DNA of 64,000 nt from Cenarchaeum sp. (GTDB taxonomy: Archaea > Thermoproteota > Nitrososphaeria > Nitrososphaerales > Nitrosopumilaceae), in NCBI GenBank assembly GCA_963692915.1, contig OY843584.1, positions 192,001-256,000 of the forward strand. Reading direction: 5' to 3'. The notes below the pieces were generated by a model that saw only the letters and a program-made list of their open reading frames with translations, did not search any database and was not told where the DNA came from. Positions 58,341 through 64,000 of this stretch are shown one piece after another. The position numbers and the translations under genes were made by a program. The stretch's first letter is position 1. Every line of letters starts with the position of its first letter.

Positions 58341-59650
58341 TGCAGGACCTGCGAACGTACATCGCCGATGTTCGCCGTGCCCGCTCGCTAAAGAGGTTCA
58401 CAAAGCCAGTCTCGGCGCGCCACGAGATCGCCGCCGAGACTGCGCGCCTCGAGGGCTCGGACGCTGCGCTCTTTGAGAGCGTCCGTGGGAGCCGCCTGCG
58501 CGTCGTCTCAAACCTCGTCGGGACGCGCGCGCGCTTTGCCATGGCCATAGGCGCGCGCGAGCCGGCGATCCACCGCAGGATATTCTCAGTCTCGGGGCGC
58601 ACGCGCGCGCCGCGCGAGTCGCCGCGCGCCCCGCCGTTTGCCAAAAACTCGACGCGCACGCTCGCAGCCCTGCCCGTTGTGACGCACTTTGCCAAGGAGC
58701 CAGGCGCCTTTATGACGGCGTCTGTCGTCCATGCCGAGAACCCCGAGACGCGCGCGCAGAACATGTCGTTTCACCGGATCATGCCCTTTTCTGCCCGCCG
58801 CGCCTCGATCCGCATGGTCGAGGGCCGCCATCTCCACCGCTGCTTTGTGGACGCAAAGGATCACGGCGAGGACCTGCGCGTCTCGGTGAGCATAGGCGTC
58901 CATCCGGCGGTCCTCGTCGCCGGCGCATACCAGGCAGAATGGGGCAGCGCCGAGCTTGCGATGGCCAATGCCATGATGGGCGGAGGCCTCGAGGTGTCAC
59001 GATGCGCATACTCGCGCATGATGGTCCCGTCACACTCTGAGATTGTGATTGACGGGCGCATACTGCAGGATGTCACGCGCGAGGAGTGGATGGTCGAGAT
59101 GCTGCGCACGTATGACCACAAGAGGCGCCAGCCGGTGCTGGAGGTTGACCGGATATACCATCGCGATGGCGCAATATTCCACGACATACTGTCCGGATTC
59201 GGCGAGCACAGACTGCTCATGGGAATGCCTGCAGAGTCAAAGATTGACGGACATCTCCGCAAGGCATTCCCGTCAACGGTTCGCGCAGTGTCGCTGACTG
59301 GCGGGGGATGCAACTGGCTTCATGCCGCCGTCGCGATCAAAAAGACGCACGCGACGCGCGTGCGCAGGATAATCGACGCGACATTTGGCGCGCACAGGTC
59401 ATTAAAGCAGGTGACAGTCGTTGATGATGACATTGATGTCAACTCGGCCGAGTCGATCGAGTACGCTATGGCGACAAGGTTCCAGGCCGACAAGGGACTG
59501 CACGTGACGCGCAACGTTCGCGGATCGAGCCTCGATCCGTCAAGCGACCAAAAGAGGCTTCGAACATCAAAGCTCGGCATTGACGCCACGCGCCCGCTCT
59601 CAAAGAGGCCAGAGGGCTTTGAGATCGCAAAGATTCCCGGCTATGGCTAG
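58340..59650 (+). CDS. UbiD-family prFMN decarboxylase
   Basis: QNMSFHR, EIVIDG, EH.LL, VVDDDIDV, ATRFQAD, SSLDPS, KLGIDAT. Confidence 0.92.
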   Translation: MQDLRTYIADVRRARSLKRFTKPVSARHEIAAETARLEGSDAALFESVRGSRLRVVSNLVGTRARFAMAIGAREPAIHRRIFSVSGRTRAPRESPRAPPFAKNSTRTLAALPVVTHFAKEPGAFMTASVVHAENPETRAQNMSFHRIMPFSARRASIRMVEGRHLHRCFVDAKDHGEDLRVSVSIGVHPAVLVAGAYQAEWGSAELAMANAMMGGGLEVSRCAYSRMMVPSHSEIVIDGRILQDVTREEWMVEMLRTYDHKRRQPVLEVDRIYHRDGAIFHDILSGFGEHRLLMGMPAESKIDGHLRKAFPSTVRAVSLTGGGCNWLHAAVAIKKTHATRVRRIIDATFGAHRSLKQVTVVDDDIDVNSAESIEYAMATRFQADKGLHVTRNVRGSSLDPSSDQKRLRTSKLGIDATRPLSKRPEGFEIAKIPGYG

Positions 59651-59754
59651 TCGAGTCCGGTCTTTTTTCTATAGCACTTTGTGCAGAGGCGCCCTGCGCA
59701 GATTATCTCCCCCCCGGACAGGTCTGTCCCGCACGCCGAGCACTCTATCTTCAT
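59647..59754 (-). CDS. 35-aa zinc-finger micro-protein
   Basis: MKIECSACGTDLSGGEIICAGRLCTKCYRKKTGLD; ATG overlaps the upstream stop (ATGA). Confidence 0.6.
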   Translation of the reverse strand: MKIECSACGTDLSGGEIICAGRLCTKCYRKKTGLD

Positions 59755-60092
59755 TTCAGCTCTGGGAGCATGCTGAGCAGGTCGTACTCTACCTTGTTTG
59801 CGTCGGTTCGTATGGCCGTGCCCGAGCCGACCCTGTGGAACCTTATCGTGTCGCCTAGCCTCCACTTGGAGTTTGCGTCAAAGACTGTGGAATAGCGCAC
59901 GCCCTTTTTGATATTGGATGCCAGCGTGCTGCGGTCGATTATCGTGCCCTCGCCGAGCTCCCCGCCGGTGTCCTCGTGCTGCATGACGCGCTCGATCTTG
60001 CGGCCTGCGCCGTACTCTACTGCCGAGACGAGATAGTCGGCCCACTTTTCGCCCATCAGGGCCGCCTCGCCGGACGGCAGAATATAAACCAA
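59751..60092 (-). CDS. Hypothetical protein
   Basis: KWADYLVSAVEY..NSKWRLGD..IRTDANKVEYDLL; N-terminus resembles DUF3892; start may be the internal MGEKW. Confidence 0.7.
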   Translation of the reverse strand: MVYILPSGEAALMGEKWADYLVSAVEYGAGRKIERVMQHEDTGGELGEGTIIDRSTLASNIKKGVRYSTVFDANSKWRLGDTIRFHRVGSGTAIRTDANKVEYDLLSMLPELK

Positions 60093-60233
60093 AAAATGGC
60101 CTGTGGCGGGTCTGCCCCGCGCGCGCTAGGCGTGGATCAGGGGACAGACGGGCATATGGTAAGCTGCCTTTTAGCTTGATATGCCACAAGTTTACACACT
60201 CTTTATAATTACCAAAACGCCGAATGCGATGCG

Positions 60234-63200
60234 TTGACAAGTTCATGGATTGCCCTGATGGCCGTGCTTGTTGCACTGGCCGCCGTCGCGCTTGTGGCGC
60301 CGGCTGAGGCCGCGGTTCTGACGCTCACGGCTGATGAGACTTCGTATGCGGCCGGCTCGTCGATGACACTGAGCGGAACAAGCAACCAGCCCAGGGAACT
60401 AATCCAGCTAAGGATCGTGTCGCCGGACAACACCACTATTGACTGCAACAGTGTTGACTATTGTGCCGGCGATACCTCAAAAAGAGACAAGACGTTTGAG
60501 TTTGCCACGATCCCTGTAGATGACGCGTTTAGTGCTGCAGGGACGTATAGGATATTGGCACATTCAGGTGCACAACACGAGGACGACGCAAAGGCGCTCC
60601 TTGTCAGCAAGTCTGGCAGCACGGTGACGGTTCTCGGCGGAGTGCTTGAAATAGAGAACATCTCGCGCCGATCCGCCACCGCGTTCTCTGAAATGACGTT
60701 TAACGCACAGGTCAAAGGATCCGATGATGGCGTCACGTTCTCACTAAAAGCTCCAGTGCTAGACGGCACACGCATCACCGAGGCAGGCAAATTTACTTGG
60801 ACGCCAATCACATCCGAGGTGCAGTCTAGGCCACACGAGGTCACCATAGTCGCGGCGGGTCGTGGGCAGACTGCAGAAAAAACCGTCGAGATTCTGGTGA
60901 GCGCGTATCGGGCACCATCAGGAACTGGCGTAACGTCAGTTATCACGGACGAGACCACGTACACAAACACCGACTCGATCATGTTTTCTGGTAGGATTGA
61001 GGGGAGCTCAAGTAACACCATAGTGCGGCTCGGCATCACGCCTCCAACCGCATCTGGCTCGCCAGGAACCCAAGCCGTGGTTGTGCTTTCCACCACCACC
61101 GCATCTGGTGGCACATTTACGATGCCGTCACAGGCAGTAAACTTGGTGTTTGATCCTGATACTCTTGGGGAATACGTTGTAAGGGCGTACACGGTCGAGC
61201 AAACGGTCGACAACGCGCACACATCATATTTCACATACAGCAACAACAGGGCCGAGTTCACCGGCACGCGCTTTGCGCTAGCGGACATACCGCGACAGGA
61301 GACATTTGCCGGCTCGAGGGTCGCGTTTCTCGTAACGCCCTCTGACTCCTCGCTCGGCAACGTCGACTATAGCCTGACAACAAAGCCATCAGGCGCCAGA
61401 ATCGACAACGATGGCGTGTTCACGTGGACTCCGAGCGAGTCTGATGCGGGAAGCGGCACATCTGCCGAGGAGCACCCCGTAACGATCAGAGCCGAGGTGG
61501 GCTCGGGAGACACCGAGCAGACCGCGACAAAGAACGTCATTATAGCCGTCAAGGCAGCCCCTGCCAACGCGCCTGCCCCGACCACACAGGGAGGCGGGAG
61601 CCAGGAGCCTGCAACGCCGCCGTCGGGAACGAGTCCGGACACAGAGTCGCGCGTGCTGACCATCAAGACTGATGCCGTCTCGTATGACAAGGACGACAGG
61701 ATCACGTTCAGCGGAACCACAGAGGGTGCTGCTACCCGGGAGATCGTGACTATCGCGATAAAGCCGCCAAGCGGAAACACCAAGATTCGCAGCGGGCTCT
61801 CCACGGCGACTAACACGTTCACAATCTCGCCAATAGACGTCAGGGACGCATTCAAGCGGGCCGGCGTGTACACCATACAGGCGTTCACAAACGACCAGGG
61901 CGCCGCCAACGCCGCCACCCTGCAGATGGAGTACGGAAACGAGCGCGCGAGCATAAAGTTTGAGAGCCCGCTGGTGATCGCCTCCATACCCAACCAGTCC
62001 GTCGAGGTTGGCTCGAGGCTCAAGTTTACGGCGGCTCCGACAGAATCGTCGTATACAGGCCTCACATGGACCCTTGGGGGCATAGCGCTAGACGGCGCGA
62101 CGATCAGCGACCGTGGGGTCTTTGAGTGGACTCCGCAAACGCTGCGCAACGCGCAGGGTGAGTCATTCCAGATCAGGGTGATGGCAACAGACGGGCAACA
62201 GTCCACCGGCACGACTGTCATGATTGCCGTGACGCCAAAGGCTGCGGCGCCCGAGCCGACACCGCCGACCACTGCGCCAACGCCTGCCCCCACACCGACG
62301 CCAACGCCGACTGCTCCAGAGCCTGCACCGGCACCTGACCCGCTTGCGGCAAAGCGCGCACAGTTCCTCACCACGGTTCAGGGAGCCACGCCACAGTCGC
62401 TCATAGACCGCTACGAGAACGATGCGGGATACAAGACATGGTATGACGGCAACTTTGCCGGCCTTGACATCCGCGAGGCGCTGGGAGTCACGTTGGCCAC
62501 ACCGCCACCTGCAGGCCCGGACTCAACGTTCGTCCCCTACATGACGCAGGGCGACGACCCGCAGGTCTACGTCGACAGGTACGCCTCGGACGCCGCGTAC
62601 AAGGCGTGGTTTGACTCGTCGTTCCCCGACCTCACGATACAGCAGGCAGCCGGCCTTGCCGTGGCCGCGCCGGCACCCGCGGCACCCGCACCACCTGCTG
62701 CACCCGCGGCACCCGCCCCGCTCCCAGACCCTGATCCGGATCCAAAGTTCGTCCCCTACATGACGCAGGGCGACGACCCGCAGGTCTACGTCGACAGGTA
62801 CGCCTCGGATCCCGCGTACAAGGCGTGGTTTGACACGTCGTTCCCAGACCTTACGATACAGCAGGCAGCCGGCCTTGCCGTGGCCGCGCCGGCACCCGCG
62901 GCACCCGCACCACCTGCTGCACCCGCGGCACCCGCCCCGCTCCCAGACCCTGATCCGGATCCAAAGTTCGTCCCCTACATGACGCAGGGCGACGACCCGC
63001 AGGTCTACGTCGACAGGTACGCCTCGGATCCCGCGTACAAGGCGTGGTTTGACACGTCGTTCCCAGACCTCACGATACAGCAGGCAGCCGGCCTTGCCGT
63101 AGCCGCGCCGGCACCTGCGGCACCGGCTGCACCAGCGGCTCCCGCCCCGCTTCCGGACCCTGATCCGGATCCAAAGTTCGTCTCCTACATGACGCAGGGC

Positions 63201-64000
63201 GACGACCCGCAGGTCTATGTCGGCAGATACTTTTCAGACCCCGCCTACAAGGCGTGGTTTGACACGTCGTTCCCAGACCTCACGATACAGCAGGCAGCCG
63301 GACTGGCTGCAGACGTGCCGATTATGCTGGCCGCTGCCCCGCAGCCCGACCCCGACCCCTCGTTTGTCCCCTATATGACTGCCGGTGACGATCCGGCAAC
63401 ATATGTCGAGCGCTACAACACGGATACGACATACAGTGAGTGGTTTGACTCGGCGTTCCCCGACCTCACGATAGAGCAGGCGACCGGATACGTAAAGCCT
63501 GCTTCCATCTCATGTGCGCCGGGCACCGAGATGATCGACGGCAAGTGCGCGCCAATAAAGTCATCGCCGGTTCCGGCTCCGGCCGTGGGCGGCTGCCTCA
63601 TAGCGACTGCTGCGTACGGGACGGAGCTTGCGCCACATGTCCAGGCACTGCGCGAGGTTCGCGACTCGACGCTCCTGACGACTGCGTCAGGCACGTCGTT
63701 CATGTCGGCGTTCAACGGCATCTATTACACGTTCTCGCCGACAGTTGCGGACTGGGAGAGGCAGAGCCCCGAGCTGCGCGCAGCAGTCCGCGCGGCGATC
63801 ACGCCGATGGTCATGTCACTCTCGATAATGTCGATGGCTCCCGACGGCTCGGAGTCTGGCGTCCTGGCCCTCGGCCTGGCCGTCATTGCGCTAAACGTCG
63901 GCATGTACGTCGCCGCGCCGGCCGGCGTGGCCCTGGCGGCACGATCCGCAATCCTCCGTCGAAAGGGGGTTTTGGTGCGGAAGGTGGGATTCGAACCCAC
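60234..64000 (+). CDS. Large CFI-box-CTERM surface protein with Ig-like domains and tandem repeats (no stop inside the window, absent from ORF track)
   Basis: Signal peptide LTSSWIALMAVLVALAAVALVAPAEA; three G.F.WTP Ig-like modules; Pro-rich linkers; GGCLIATAAYGTE near 63590 in the same frame as the start. Confidence 0.85.
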   Translation, partial: MTSSWIALMAVLVALAAVALVAPAEAAVLTLTADETSYAAGSSMTLSGTSNQPRELIQLRIVSPDNTTIDCNSVDYCAGDTSKRDKTFEFATIPVDDAFSAAGTYRILAHSGAQHEDDAKALLVSKSGSTVTVLGGVLEIENISRRSATAFSEMTFNAQVKGSDDGVTFSLKAPVLDGTRITEAGKFTWTPITSEVQSRPHEVTIVAAGRGQTAEKTVEILVSAYRAPSGTGVTSVITDETTYTNTDSIMFSGRIEGSSSNTIVRLGITPPTASGSPGTQAVVVLSTTTASGGTFTMPSQAVNLVFDPDTLGEYVVRAYTVEQTVDNAHTSYFTYSNNRAEFTGTRFALADIPRQETFAGSRVAFLVTPSDSSLGNVDYSLTTKPSGARIDNDGVFTWTPSESDAGSGTSAEEHPVTIRAEVGSGDTEQTATKNVIIAVKAAPANAPAPTTQGGGSQEPATPPSGTSPDTESRVLTIKTDAVSYDKDDRITFSGTTEGAATREIVTIAIKPPSGNTKIRSGLSTATNTFTISPIDVRDAFKRAGVYTIQAFTNDQGAANAATLQMEYGNERASIKFESPLVIASIPNQSVEVGSRLKFTAAPTESSYTGLTWTLGGIALDGATISDRGVFEWTPQTLRNAQGESFQIRVMATDGQQSTGTTVMIAVTPKAAAPEPTPPTTAPTPAPTPTPTPTAPEPAPAPDPLAAKRAQFLTTVQGATPQSLIDRYENDAGYKTWYDGNFAGLDIREALGVTLATPPPAGPDSTFVPYMTQGDDPQVYVDRYASDAAYKAWFDSSFPDLTIQQAAGLAVAAPAPAAPAPPAAPAAPAPLPDPDPDPKFVPYMTQGDDPQVYVDRYASDPAYKAWFDTSFPDLTIQQAAGLAVAAPAPAAPAPPAAPAAPAPLPDPDPDPKFVPYMTQGDDPQVYVDRYASDPAYKAWFDTSFPDLTIQQAAGLAVAAPAPAAPAAPAAPAPLPDPDPDPKFVSYMTQGDDPQVYVGRYFSDPAYKAWFDTSFPDLTIQQAAGLAADVPIMLAAAPQPDPDPSFVPYMTAGDDPATYVERYNTDTTYSEWFDSAFPDLTIEQATGYVKPASISCAPGTEMIDGKCAPIKSSPVPAPAVGGCLIATAAYGTELAPHVQALREVRDSTLLTTASGTSFMSAFNGIYYTFSPTVADWERQSPELRAAVRAAITPMVMSLSIMSMAPDGSESGVLALGLAVIALNVGMYVAAPAGVALAARSAILRRKGVLVRKVGFEP
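62529..63490 (+). repeat. Five intragenic tandem repeats (periods 219, 219, 210, 186 bp)
   Basis: Unit FVPYMTQGDDPQVYVDRYASDPAYKAWFDTSFPDLTIQQAAGL + Ala/Pro linker starting at 62529, 62748, 62967, 63177, 63363. Confidence 0.93.
63973..64000 (-). tRNA. 3' end of a tRNA (T arm, acceptor strand, CCA); probably tRNA-Leu, anticodon outside the window
   Basis: Reverse complement GTGGGTTCGAATCCCACCTTCCGCACCA. Confidence 0.75.

Noticed and set aside
62529-63490. CRISPR array
   Set aside because: Long in-frame coding repeats without unique spacers; no cas genes. No CRISPR array was seen anywhere in the window.

Overview
GC-rich chromosomal segment of an ammonia-oxidising archaeon (Nitrososphaerota, Nitrosopumilaceae/Cenarchaeum-like; a host-associated lifestyle is only inferred). 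The assignment rests on archaeal amoB, PEFG-CTERM and CFI-box-CTERM surface proteins, rpl15e, rps19e, rnp4 and cofE. Most of the window is core genes: larC-larE-iscS, 2-oxoacid:ferredoxin oxidoreductase, thiolase/DUF35, class II RNR, pstSCAB-phoU, folD, purD, PINA ATPase, ubiD and three tRNAs. Accessory parts are an IS481-type element cut by the left edge, a second degenerate copy of its end near 19.9 kb, an AT-rich island with a frameshifted methyltransferase-HNH gene carrying a G11 tract, and two very large repetitive surface proteins. The strongest lead is a wHTH + ATP-cone + class III RNR-like protein lacking the glycyl-radical loop. It lies directly upstream of nrdJ and downstream of two perfect palindromes, so it may be a nucleotide-sensing regulator built from a dead enzyme. 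Also notable are an unannotated 47-aa metallothionein-like gene with its own TATA box and several other Cys-rich micro-proteins. Family assignments come from motif recognition by eye; no searches were run.
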